From a bacterium (GTDB taxonomy: Bacteria > UBA9089 > UBA9088), in the NCBI GenBank assembly GCA_040753475.1, contig JBFMED010000073.1, positions 1-34,494 on the forward strand: 34,494 bases of DNA, given 5' to 3'. The notes under the pieces are model-generated. The model worked only from the letters and a program-made list of their open reading frames with translations. It searched no databases and was not told the origin of the DNA. Position numbers and translations under genes: made by a program. Shown here piece after piece: positions 1-8,324 of this stretch (its first letter is position 1; the number at the start of each line of letters is the position of its first letter).

Positions 1-1
1 T

Positions 2-544
2 GATTGTATATTTATTCCATTTACGGTGGGAGGTGGCATAATAAACCTCTTGCAAATAGAGGAAATCCTTTCAAATGGTGCGGATAGGGTATCAATAAAT
101 ACAGCGGCTGTCAAAAAGCCATCTTTTATTGAGGAGGCATCGTCAAAATTTGGCTCACAATGTATTGTTATAGCCATTGATGCAAAGAAAAAAGGCAATT
201 CCTGGGAGGTATATACCCATGGTGGAAGAAATCCAGCAGGTCTGGATGCCATAGAATGGGCAAAGGAGGCAGAATTGCGAGGAGGGGGTGAAATTCTTTT
301 AACCAGTATGGATTGCGATGGAAAGAAAACCGGGTATGACCTTTCATTGATTGAAGAAATTGCAGGCTCTGTAAATATCCCTGTTATTGCATCAGGTGGT
401 GCAGGATGTCCAGAGCATCTTGAAAAGGCAATCGCAAAGGGAGCGGATGCTGTTTTAGCCGCATCCATCTTTCATTACGGCGAGTATAAAATAAAAGATA
501 TTAAGGGATATCTTAAAAATAAAGGAATCTGCGTGAGAATATGA
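2..544 (+). CDS. hisF: Imidazole glycerol phosphate synthase cyclase subunit HisF, C-terminal part (5' end outside window)
   Basis: Frame is open from base 2 (DCIFIPFTVGGGI...), so the GTG at 26 in the ORF track is internal. HisF-type motifs: PFTVGGGI, ADRVSINTAAV, GGGEILLTSMDCDG, VIASGGAG. Confidence 0.9.
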   Translation, partial: DCIFIPFTVGGGIINLLQIEEILSNGADRVSINTAAVKKPSFIEEASSKFGSQCIVIAIDAKKKGNSWEVYTHGGRNPAGLDAIEWAKEAELRGGGEILLTSMDCDGKKTGYDLSLIEEIAGSVNIPVIASGGAGCPEHLEKAIAKGADAVLAASIFHYGEYKIKDIKGYLKNKGICVRI

Positions 545-1308
545 AAATTGCCATTATTCAATACCCTGGGACAAATTGTGAGTATGAAACCTGTAGCGCT
601 ATAAGGTCTTGTGGAATAGAGGCAGAAATATTTAGATGGAATAGACAAATTGAAGAATTGGAGGAATTTGATGCCTTTGTCCTTTCAGGAGGCTTTTCAT
701 ACCAAGATAGGGTAAGGGCAGGAGCAATTGCCGCAAAGAAGCCCATTATTAAGACAATTATGAGAAAGGCAGAAGATGGAGCACCTGTTTTGGGGATATG
801 CAATGGTGCCCAAATCTTAATCGAATCTGGAATTTGCCCTTCTTTAAAAAAAGGCTCAATTGAGATGGCTCTTTCTTTCAATAGAGAAATAGGCTTTTTG
901 TGTGATTGGGTATATGTTAAGGTTTCATCCATTAAAAGCCCATTTTTGTCATTGTTTAATCTAGACGATGTCTTTCCCATTCCCATTGCCCATGCGGAAG
1001 GAAGGTTCACTACACAAAACAAAGGCTTACTTTCCAAGCTTATAGAAAATGACCAGATAGCCTTAAGGTATTGCACAAAGGATGGAGAAATTATTGACAA
1101 ATTTCCCATAAACCCAAATGGCTCACTCTACAATATTGCAGGCTTAACCAACAAAGAGGGAAATGTTTTTGCTCTTATGCCACATCCAGAAAGGGCATCC
1201 TTTGTCTATCAAATTCCCCGAAAAAAACAAGCTTTTGCAAGAAAAATATTTGAAGGAATTAAAGAGCTTTATAAGACCAAGTCCTTGCCTTTTGGGGACA
1301 GGTCTTGA
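541..1308 (+). CDS. purQ: Phosphoribosylformylglycinamidine synthase glutaminase subunit PurQ (class I amidotransferase)
   Basis: YPGTNCE, GGFSYQDRVRAGAIAA, GICNGAQIL (nucleophile Cys), IAHAEGRF, NPNGS..IAGL, MPHPERA. ATGA overlap with the hisF stop. The motifs fit PurQ, not HisH. Confidence 0.85.
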   Translation: MKIAIIQYPGTNCEYETCSAIRSCGIEAEIFRWNRQIEELEEFDAFVLSGGFSYQDRVRAGAIAAKKPIIKTIMRKAEDGAPVLGICNGAQILIESGICPSLKKGSIEMALSFNREIGFLCDWVYVKVSSIKSPFLSLFNLDDVFPIPIAHAEGRFTTQNKGLLSKLIENDQIALRYCTKDGEIIDKFPINPNGSLYNIAGLTNKEGNVFALMPHPERASFVYQIPRKKQAFARKIFEGIKELYKTKSLPFGDRS

Positions 1309-2305
1309 TACACCTTGAACACATAATACAATTGGAAAGATTGGCAAAATTCCCCTTTCCCAAATCTACTTCCATTGGACAGGATTTAAGGCAGGCAGAA
1401 CAAGACTTACAGAGTTCTTTATTATGAACAATCCTAACCAATGAGATTTTATTAAAAAGCCCCAATATTCCACCAAGGGGACATAAAATCCTACAAAATA
1501 GCCTTCCCGAGATAAGGATAAACAAAAACAGAAAAACGAAACCTAAAATGATATGGTATAAAACAATATTGTTTAGAAAAAATGCCCTTTTTCCTGTGGT
1601 AAGGTAGTATGGAAACAAGCCATATAAAAGCCCAGATGGACAAAGATATGAGCAGAATAAAAATGGAAAGACAAAGGCTAGAATGACAACAATAAGGCTA
1701 AGATACTTAGCATAGATAAGAAATTGGGGAATTTTAATTCTTGGCTTCTTTATCTTATTCAATACATCAGAAATCATCCCAAATGGGCATAGCCATCCGC
1801 AAAGAAACCTTCCAAGGGATATTCCAAGAAGAATAAAAAATCCCAATATGAAAAATGGGAATCTTCTTTGCAGAAGAAATACCTGAAGAGAGCCAATTGG
1901 ACAAACACCAACCGCCATCTCGCAAGCCTGGCAATTTAAAAATGGAAGGACGCCAACAGATGTTCTGCTTACAGGGCATATCCCAGAAACCCTGATAACA
2001 CCAAGCCTTGTTATTACAAAAGAAATCCATTGAACAAGCCACCTATTTATCTTAAGCTTAATATCTTTGTTTTTTATAAAAATAAGGAAAAAAATTATGG
2101 GAAATACAATAAAAACAATAATGATAAATGGCTTTCTCTCTATTTCTTCAAAATGATATGCCTTTTTTAAGGCAAGGTTTGTAATCCCACAAGAAAGCAT
2201 CCCAACAGATTTCCCATAAGAATTATTAGAAGAGACAAAATTAAGGTCTCCCAATAAGAGACCTATGAGCAGAAGAAAAATCCCAAGAAGAAATAATTTT
2301 TTCAT
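1259..2305 (-). CDS. Membrane-bound polyferredoxin, NapH/MauN/NosR-like
   Basis: Hydrophobic N-terminus and several TM segments. Two CxxCP(F/L)G motifs (LCGWLCPFG, FCRILCPLG) plus two ferredoxin motifs (CKSCSACLKSCP, CIMCSRCIKTCP). The 3' end overlaps the purQ 3' end convergently by about 50 nt. Confidence 0.7.
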   Translation of the reverse strand: MKKLFLLGIFLLLIGLLLGDLNFVSSNNSYGKSVGMLSCGITNLALKKAYHFEEIERKPFIIIVFIVFPIIFFLIFIKNKDIKLKINRWLVQWISFVITRLGVIRVSGICPVSRTSVGVLPFLNCQACEMAVGVCPIGSLQVFLLQRRFPFFILGFFILLGISLGRFLCGWLCPFGMISDVLNKIKKPRIKIPQFLIYAKYLSLIVVILAFVFPFLFCSYLCPSGLLYGLFPYYLTTGKRAFFLNNIVLYHIILGFVFLFLFILISGRLFCRILCPLGGILGLFNKISLVRIVHNKELCKSCSACLKSCPMEVDLGKGNFANLSNCIMCSRCIKTCPQKARTWSYKAL

Positions 2306-2324
2306 TTTTTTAGCTTAAATAAAG

Positions 2325-4062
2325 CTAGCTTAAACGCTTTTCAAGGCATTCGCATTCCTTTTCAATCCAAGAAGGAAGCCTGTTTCCAAATTTTAAAAGA
2401 AATGCTTTTATATCCAGAAGCTCTTTTTGCCATTCATCTTTGTCTATCTTAAATAGCTCTTTTTCATTTATATTAAGTCCTGTAAGGTCTAAGTCTTTAG
2501 AATCCAATGGGTGTCTCTTTTGCTCCTACCCTACCTTTTGCCCTGTTAATAATCCATTTTAAAACCCTTATATTTTCAGAAAATCCAGGCCATAAGAAAT
2601 TTCCTCCTTCATCCTTTCTAAACCAATTTACAAAGAATATCCTTGGAGGATTTTCCATTTTCTCTCCCATCCTAAGCCAATGCTCCCAATAATCTGCCAT
2701 ATTGTATCCACAGAATGGCCACATTGCCATTGGATCGCGACGCAGGATGCCTACATCCTGGGTTGCCGCTGATGTTGTCTCTGATGCCATTCCACATCCC
2801 TGAAATACCCCAGCTTGCCAATTAAATGCCTCATATACCAGAGGAACAACCGATGACCTTCGGCAGCCAAAGATTATGGCAGATATGGGAACACCCTTTG
2901 GATTATCAAATTCTTTTGATAGGGTTGGACATTGGGTTATGGAAACCGTAAATCGTGAGTTTGGATGGGCAGCATCCTTTGAAGAGGATGGATTTCCTTT
3001 CCAGTCAATCAAGCCTTCTGGAATTCCATCAAGTCCATCCCACCAAGGCTCATTTGTTTTTGTGGCAAGGGCTGTGTTGGTAAAGAGGGTTGGATAGAAT
3101 GTGCCATTTTTTAAGGTCTTTAGCATATTTGGGTTTGTCTTTTCTGATGTTCCAGGTGCTACACCAAAAAATCCCATTTCTGGATTAATAGCATAAAGCC
3201 TTCCATCATCTCCGATATTCATCCAGGCAATGTCATCGCCAATTGTCCATATTTTATATCCAGAAAGAGAGGGATTAAGCATAGCAAGGTTTGTCTTTCC
3301 GCAGGCAGAGGGAAGGGCGGCTGTAATATATGTTGTATTACCAGATGGGTCTTCAATGCCCATAATCACCATATGCTCTGCCAGCCAATTTTCTTTCAAG
3401 CCAAGGAAGGATGCAATCCTTAAGGAAAAGCATTTTTTTCCGAGCAAAGCATTTCCACCATATCCAGAGCCAATAGACCAAACCAAACTTTCATCGGGAA
3501 AGTGCATAATGAACCTTCTTTTAGGAGAAAGGTCTCCTATGGAATGAAGCCCTTTTACAAACTCAAAAGAATTTCCTATTCTTTCTAATACAGCCTTTCC
3601 TTTTCTTGTCATTATCCTCGTGCTTACAGCCACATAGGATGAATCAGTAACCTGGATACAGGCTTTTGAATAGGCCGATTCTGGGTTTCCCATCATATAA
3701 GGAAGAACATACATCGTCCTTCCCTTCATACAACCTTTAAAAAGGGGATTGAGCATTTCCTTTGCTTCTTTCGGCTCCTTCCAATTGTTATTTGGGCCAG
3801 ATGTTTCTTGGTTTGGATGGCAGACATAGGTAAGTTGCTCTGTTCTTGCTACATCACTTGGATGGCTTCTATGGAGATAGGCATTTGGCCAGGCTTTCTG
3901 ATTTAGGGAATAAAAAACAGGATTGCCATTTATTTTTTCCTTCTCTATTCCCACTTTGATAATGGAATGTGCTTCTTCCTCGCTTCCATCGCACCAATAA
4001 ATATCTTTGGGGTGCGTCAGCTCTGCACATTCGCTAACCCATCTTTCAATTTCTGTTTTCAT
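2325..4062 (-). pseudogene. pckG: GTP-dependent phosphoenolpyruvate carboxykinase with the reading frame broken near 2497-2510
   Basis: The 521-aa ORF carries GSGYGGNALLGKKC, SACGKTNLAM and NWFRKDEGGNFLWPGFSEN, and stops after ETPIGF. The 60-aa ORF in the adjacent frame (TTG at 2507) continues with the conserved PEPCK C-terminus (DSKDLDLTGL...EFW-like...). Confidence 0.8.
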
Positions 4063-4072
4063 AGTCTATGAA

Positions 4073-4102
4073 ATTATATTTTTAAATAATTCTGTTGGTC
4101 AA
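4073..4102 (-). promoter_or_regulatory. Putative sigma70-type promoter of pckG: TTGACC-N18-TATAAT, with the -10 ending 10 nt before the ATG
   Basis: Minus strand reads TTGACCaacagaattatttaaaaaTATAATttcatagactATG. No Shine-Dalgarno sequence in the gap. Confidence 0.45.
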
Positions 4103-4111
4103 GGATTTTTG

Positions 4112-4141
4112 TTGACAGGAATGACAAAGAAAAGGAATAAT
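4112..4141 (+). promoter_or_regulatory. Putative promoter of the cysteine desulfurase gene: TTGACA-N18-AATAAT, with the -10 ending 7 nt before the ATG
   Basis: TTGACAggaatgacaaagaaaaggAATAATaatcaagATG. It lies back to back with the pckG promoter. Confidence 0.4.
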
Positions 4142-4148
4142 AATCAAG

Positions 4149-5387
4149 ATGGATGTAGAAAAAATAAGGAGAGATTTTCCAGCCCTTTTGCAAAAGAGGA
4201 ATAAAAAGCCTCCTATATACTTTGACAATGCCTGTATGACATTAAAACCCATTCCTGTAATTAAGGCAATGGATGAATATTATCAGAAATTCCCTGCTTG
4301 TGGTGGAGAGAGAAGCTCTCATTGGTTTGCCAGCAAGGTTAATGAAAGGATTGAGGAAGCCAGAGAGATTATAAGAAGATTCATCAATGCAAAATCAGCT
4401 AATGAGATTATATTTACAAAAAATACAACTGAGGGGATAAATCTTATTGCCCAAAGCATTAAGTTTAAAAAAGGGGATATTGTCTTAACTACAGACAAGG
4501 AGCATAATTCCAATCTCTGCCCCTGGAAAAATCTGGAAGGAAAAGGGGTTATTAAGCATAAAATTGTGGCCTCTCGTGAAGACAATACATTTAACATTGA
4601 AAGATTTAAGGATATGCTAACAAAGGATGTTAAGCTTGTAAGTATGGTTTTGACATCAAACCTTGATGGATATAGCATCCCAGCAAAAGAAATTATCAAG
4701 ATGGCACATCAAAATAAAAGCCTCATTTTACTTGATGCTGCCCAAACAGCCCCTCATAAGAAAATAGATGTCCAAAGCCTTGAGGCTGACTTTCTTGCAT
4801 TTTCTATTCATAAGATGGTCGGACCATCCCTCGGTGTTTTATATGGAAAATATGAGCTTTTAAGGGAATTAGAGCCATTTTTGGTGGGTGGTGATACCGT
4901 AGTGGATACATTTTATGATAAGATGCCTATCTATTTAGACCCTCCCCATAGATTTGAAGCAGGATTGCAGGATTATGCAGGAATAATTGGAGCAGGCAAA
5001 GCTTGTAATTATCTTTCAGACATTGGTTTTTTGAATATAGAAAAGCAAGAATTAAAATTAAATGAATTTTTAACAAAAAATCTTCTAAATTATAATGATA
5101 TAGAAATAATTGGGCCAAAGGAGCCTAAAGAAAGGGGAGGCATCCTTACATTTTTCATAAAGAGGCTTGGTCTGGGCGATATTTCCGAGCGTCTTGATAA
5201 AATGAATATAATGACAAGGAGTGGGATATTTTGCGTGAATTCCTGGTTTAATGCAAGGAAGATAAATAAAAACATCCCTAGCCTTAGAATCTCTCTATAT
5301 TTTTATAACACAAAAGCCGAATGTGAAATCTTCCTTAAAACCTTTGAGGAAATAATGGATGAAACGAGAAATTACCCAAAACCCTGA
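4149..5387 (+). CDS. Cysteine desulfurase, class V aminotransferase (SufS/NifS-like)
   Basis: FDNACMT N-terminal motif, PLP-lysine context FSIHKMVGP, active-site loop RSGIFCVNSW resembling group II (SufS-type) desulfurases. Confidence 0.8.
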   Translation: MDVEKIRRDFPALLQKRNKKPPIYFDNACMTLKPIPVIKAMDEYYQKFPACGGERSSHWFASKVNERIEEAREIIRRFINAKSANEIIFTKNTTEGINLIAQSIKFKKGDIVLTTDKEHNSNLCPWKNLEGKGVIKHKIVASREDNTFNIERFKDMLTKDVKLVSMVLTSNLDGYSIPAKEIIKMAHQNKSLILLDAAQTAPHKKIDVQSLEADFLAFSIHKMVGPSLGVLYGKYELLRELEPFLVGGDTVVDTFYDKMPIYLDPPHRFEAGLQDYAGIIGAGKACNYLSDIGFLNIEKQELKLNEFLTKNLLNYNDIEIIGPKEPKERGGILTFFIKRLGLGDISERLDKMNIMTRSGIFCVNSWFNARKINKNIPSLRISLYFYNTKAECEIFLKTFEEIMDETRNYPKP

Positions 5388-5760
5388 TTTTTTAGAGGTA
5401 TATTTTAAAGAAAAATTTTCCAAAAGAAACCTTGGCGTATTAGAGGGAGCAACCCACACCGCGGATGATAGAGCCTGCCGGGGAGGAAGGGACCATCTGT
5501 TTTTGTATATGAAAATTAAGGAAAATATTATTGAAGATATTAGCTTTGAATGTGGTGGCTGTGATATGGCTATGTTTGTTGTAGCTGATATTTTATGCGA
5601 TTTGGTAAGAAAGAAAAGGCTTAATGAAGCATCAAATATTTCTGAAAAAGAATTCCTAAAAGCCCTTGGTGGAAAAAGTAAAAGCGGAGCAGAGCATTTC
5701 AAAATGGCAAAAAAGGTATTGGAAGATGGCCTTAAAAGCTACATTGACAATAGAGGGTAA
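5359..5760 (+). CDS. Divergent IscU/SufU-like Fe-S scaffold-like protein
   Basis: Aligns by eye with the iscU at 13482: FECGGCDMAMFVVADIL versus FGCGAAIATSS, and AEHFKMAKKVLEDGL versus MHCSLLAEEALKGAI. The third Cys is replaced by Phe. Overlaps the desulfurase 3' end by 29 nt. Confidence 0.5.
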   Translation: MKREITQNPDFLEVYFKEKFSKRNLGVLEGATHTADDRACRGGRDHLFLYMKIKENIIEDISFECGGCDMAMFVVADILCDLVRKKRLNEASNISEKEFLKALGGKSKSGAEHFKMAKKVLEDGLKSYIDNRG

Positions 5761-5770
5761 ATTAAGGTAA
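5740..5770 (+). repeat. Direct repeat copy 1 (TACATTGACAATAGAGGGTAAATTAAGGTAA), which contains a TTGACA-N18-TAAAAT promoter-like sequence
   Basis: Matches 6473-6503 in 29 of 31 positions. Includes the stop of the iscU-like gene. Coordinates are aligned to the ORF track (+/-1). Confidence 0.8.
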
Positions 5771-5785
5771 AATGGCAATATCTAT

Positions 5786-6094
5786 ATGAGACTAGAATTT
5801 TATTCTATTGAGAAATTTAAAAAGGAAATTTTAGAAATCATAGGAAAATATTTAGACTTAAATTCCTACAGAATCTTCTTTTTTGGTTCAAGGGTAGCGG
5901 GAGGAGGAAATGAACGCTCTGATATTGATATTGGCATTGAAGGAAAAGAGGAAATTCCTCATCAAAAGATGTTTCACATTAAAGAAGAAATTGAAAATTT
6001 ACCCATTCTTTACAAAATTGAGGTGGTTGATTTTAAAAAGGTCTCCCCTGATTTTCGGGATGTAGCGTTCAAAGATGTAGAATCTATTCTATGA
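5786..6094 (+). CDS. Minimal nucleotidyltransferase (MNT-type antitoxin of an MNT-HEPN pair)
   Basis: GSRVAGGGNERSDIDIGI is the GS...DxD signature of the Pol-beta-like NTase fold. About 100 aa. ATGA overlap with the downstream HEPN gene. Confidence 0.8.
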   Translation: MRLEFYSIEKFKKEILEIIGKYLDLNSYRIFFFGSRVAGGGNERSDIDIGIEGKEEIPHQKMFHIKEEIENLPILYKIEVVDFKKVSPDFRDVAFKDVESIL

Positions 6095-6480
6095 ACAAGC
6101 TTATTGCAATAACAGAACAATTTAAAAAGGCATTTAATCGTTTTAAAGAGGTTTTGGATATGCCAAAGACAGAGATCGTCCGAGATTCTTCTATCCAGCG
6201 ATTTGAATTTACTATGGATCTTGCCTGGAAAACATTAAAGGCTTTTCTTGAAGAGAAAAAAGGGATTGTTTGTGCTTCTCCCAAAGAATGCTTTCGTGAG
6301 GCTTACCATCAGGGAATAATAGGCTACGACGAGGATTGGTTAAAATTTGTGGATATGCGAAATGAAACGGTTCATACTTATAGAGAGGAGATGGCAGAAG
6401 AAATATACAATGAATTACCAAACGTCCTTATCCATCTTGAGGCTTTATTGGCAACTATTGAGAAACAAAGCATACATTGA
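6091..6480 (+). CDS. HEPN-domain protein, HI0074-like nucleotidyltransferase substrate-binding family (putative toxin)
   Basis: RNETVH fits the Rx4-6H HEPN motif. About 130 aa, helical. Paired with the upstream MNT as in HI0073/HI0074. Confidence 0.75.
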   Translation: MNKLIAITEQFKKAFNRFKEVLDMPKTEIVRDSSIQRFEFTMDLAWKTLKAFLEEKKGIVCASPKECFREAYHQGIIGYDEDWLKFVDMRNETVHTYREEMAEEIYNELPNVLIHLEALLATIEKQSIH

Positions 6481-6503
6481 CAATGCAGGGTAAATTAAGG
6501 TAA
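6473..6503 (+). repeat. Direct repeat copy 2 (TACATTGACAATGCAGGGTAAATTAAGGTAA), which contains TTGACA-N18-TAATAT and is the likely thrS promoter
   Basis: The HEPN stop TGA lies inside the TTGACA. The -10 TAATAT lies at 6501-6506. Confidence 0.75.
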
Positions 6504-6523
6504 TATTATTTAGCTAATCAGAA

Positions 6524-6617
6524 TTGGATTTTAGGAATTTAGGATTTATAAATTTAGGATTTAGAAATTTTTTTCAATTGTTTTAAATCTTAAATCCTAA
6601 ATCTTAAATCCTAAATT
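6524..6617. repeat. Palindromic array of 7-8 nt tandem repeats (TAGGATT/AGGATTT on the left, TAAATCY on the right)
   Basis: Left arm 6526-6570 and right arm 6584-6617 are imperfect reverse complements built from heptamers. Preceded by TATTTAGCTA (6507-6516). Ends 6 nt before the thrS ATG. Confidence 0.8.
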
Positions 6618-6623
6618 ACTTAT

Positions 6624-8324
6624 ATGGAAGCATTTTGGCATTCTACCTCGCATATAATGGCATCTGCTGTTTGCAAGTGTTTCAAGGATGTGAAGCTTGG
6701 GATTGGTCCTGCTATAGCAGAGGGATTTTACTATGATTTTAGCTGCTCAATCACAGAGGATGACCTTGTAAAAATAGAGGAGGAAATGAGAAAAATTATA
6801 AAGGAAAACCTTCATTTTGAAAAAATTACAATGACAAAGGATGAGGCAAAAAAATATCTTTTAAAGGAGGGTCAGAGCTATAAGCTTGAAATTTTGGATG
6901 AAATCAAAGACAATGAGGTTTCATTCTTCCAAAATGGCGATTTTATTGACCTTTGCAAGGGTCCACATATTGAAAGAACAGGCGAAATTAAGACATTTAA
7001 GCTCTTAAGGCTGGCAGGTGCATATTGGAGGGGCAACGAGAAAAACCCAATGCTTACAAGGATATATGGCATCTCATTCAAAAGCAAAAAAGAGTTGGAT
7101 GACTATCTTGCAAAGATTGAGGAAGCAAAGAAAAGGGACCACAGGGTTTTGGGAGAGCAATTGGGCTTATTTAACATCTATGATGAGGTGGGAGGTGGTC
7201 TTATCTTCTGGCATCCAAAGGGAAATATTTTAAGGGATGAGATTATCAATTTTCTAAAGAGAGAGCATAGAAGGAGGGGGTATCTTGAGCTTGCAACACC
7301 ACACATTGGAAAGAAATCCCTCTGGGAGACATCTGGTCATTGCGATTATTACAAGGAGAATATGTATTTTATAAACAAAGATGATGAAGATTATGTCCTA
7401 AAGCCGATGAATTGCCCCTGCCATATTATGGTTTATAAAAGCACAATAAGGAGCTATTCTGAGCTTCCCTTAAGGTTCTTTGAGCTTGGCACGGTTTATA
7501 GATATGAAAGGTCTGGTGTCCTTCATGGGCTTTTAAGGGTTCGTGGATTTACTCAGGATGATGCTCATATATTTTGTAGAAAGGATCAACTTAAGGATGA
7601 AATAAAGGGTGTTTGCAAATTTGCCTTTGATATGCTCTCCTCTTTTGGCTTTAAGGAATATAATCTCTACCTTTCAACTAAACCAGAAAAATATGTTGGC
7701 TCTGATGAGATATGGGAGATGGCAACCAATGCATTAATGGATGTTTTGCAGGAGGAGGGTCTTAATTGGACAGTTGATGAGGGAGAGGGTGTATTTTATG
7801 GACCAAAGATTGACATAAAGCTCAAAGATGCACTGGGAAGGGCCTGGCAGGGCCCTACAATTCAGGTTGATTTTAATCTACCAGAGAGGTTTGATATTTC
7901 TTATATTGGAAACGATGGAGAAAAGCATCAGCCTGTTATGATACACAGGGTTGTTTTAGGAAGCCTTGAGAGGTTTATTGGTGCCTTAATTGAGCATTAT
8001 GCAGGAAAGCTTCCCTTATGGCTTTCTCCAATTCAAACAAGGATATTGCCAATCACAGACAATCAGCTTGATTATGCAGAAAAAATAGAAAAAATGCTTT
8101 TGGATTGTAAGATAAGGGCAGAAATAGACATTAGATCTGAAAGGCTACAAAGAAAGATAAAGGATGCCCATAATATGAAGATTCCATACCTTGCAATTGT
8201 TGGAAACAAAGAAAGTGAAGAGGAAAAGATAAGCTTAAGGCACAGGGAAAAGGGAGATATCGGCTCTTTTTCAATCCCTGATTTTATAGCCCTGCTTAAA
8301 AAAGAGATTAAAGAGAAGGGATGA
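6624..8324 (+). CDS. thrS: Threonine--tRNA ligase, lacking the N-terminal TGS domain
   Basis: WHSTSH (HxxxH editing-domain motif) at residues 5-10, NCPCH, YRYERSGVLHGLLRVRGFTQDDAH (class II motif 2), GPKID, HRVVLGSLERF (motif 3), C-terminal anticodon-binding region. An in-frame stop lies 9 nt upstream of the ATG. Confidence 0.9.
   Translation: MEAFWHSTSHIMASAVCKCFKDVKLGIGPAIAEGFYYDFSCSITEDDLVKIEEEMRKIIKENLHFEKITMTKDEAKKYLLKEGQSYKLEILDEIKDNEVSFFQNGDFIDLCKGPHIERTGEIKTFKLLRLAGAYWRGNEKNPMLTRIYGISFKSKKELDDYLAKIEEAKKRDHRVLGEQLGLFNIYDEVGGGLIFWHPKGNILRDEIINFLKREHRRRGYLELATPHIGKKSLWETSGHCDYYKENMYFINKDDEDYVLKPMNCPCHIMVYKSTIRSYSELPLRFFELGTVYRYERSGVLHGLLRVRGFTQDDAHIFCRKDQLKDEIKGVCKFAFDMLSSFGFKEYNLYLSTKPEKYVGSDEIWEMATNALMDVLQEEGLNWTVDEGEGVFYGPKIDIKLKDALGRAWQGPTIQVDFNLPERFDISYIGNDGEKHQPVMIHRVVLGSLERFIGALIEHYAGKLPLWLSPIQTRILPITDNQLDYAEKIEKMLLDCKIRAEIDIRSERLQRKIKDAHNMKIPYLAIVGNKESEEEKISLRHREKGDIGSFSIPDFIALLKKEIKEKG

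Noticed and set aside
558-1109. Long antisense ORFs inside confident genes (for example 558-1109, 5295-5702, 8560-9024, 10538-10885, 26130-26597, 28656-29090)
   Set aside because: They lie opposite strongly motif-supported genes, have low-complexity or odd composition, and lack recognisable motifs or start signals. They are typical shadow ORFs of AT-rich DNA.
541-1308. Amidotransferase after hisF considered as the HisH glutaminase partner
   Set aside because: The motifs GGFSYQDRVRAGAIAA, IAHAEGRF and NPNGS...MPHPERA are PurQ-specific, and the length and motifs do not fit HisH. The adjacency to hisF appears coincidental.
2306-2335. Palindrome TAAGCTAGCTTA between the pckG stop and the polyferredoxin gene start, considered as a terminator
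   Set aside because: It is a perfect palindrome without a loop or T-tract, the gap is only 19 nt and the genes are co-directional. It is more likely incidental.
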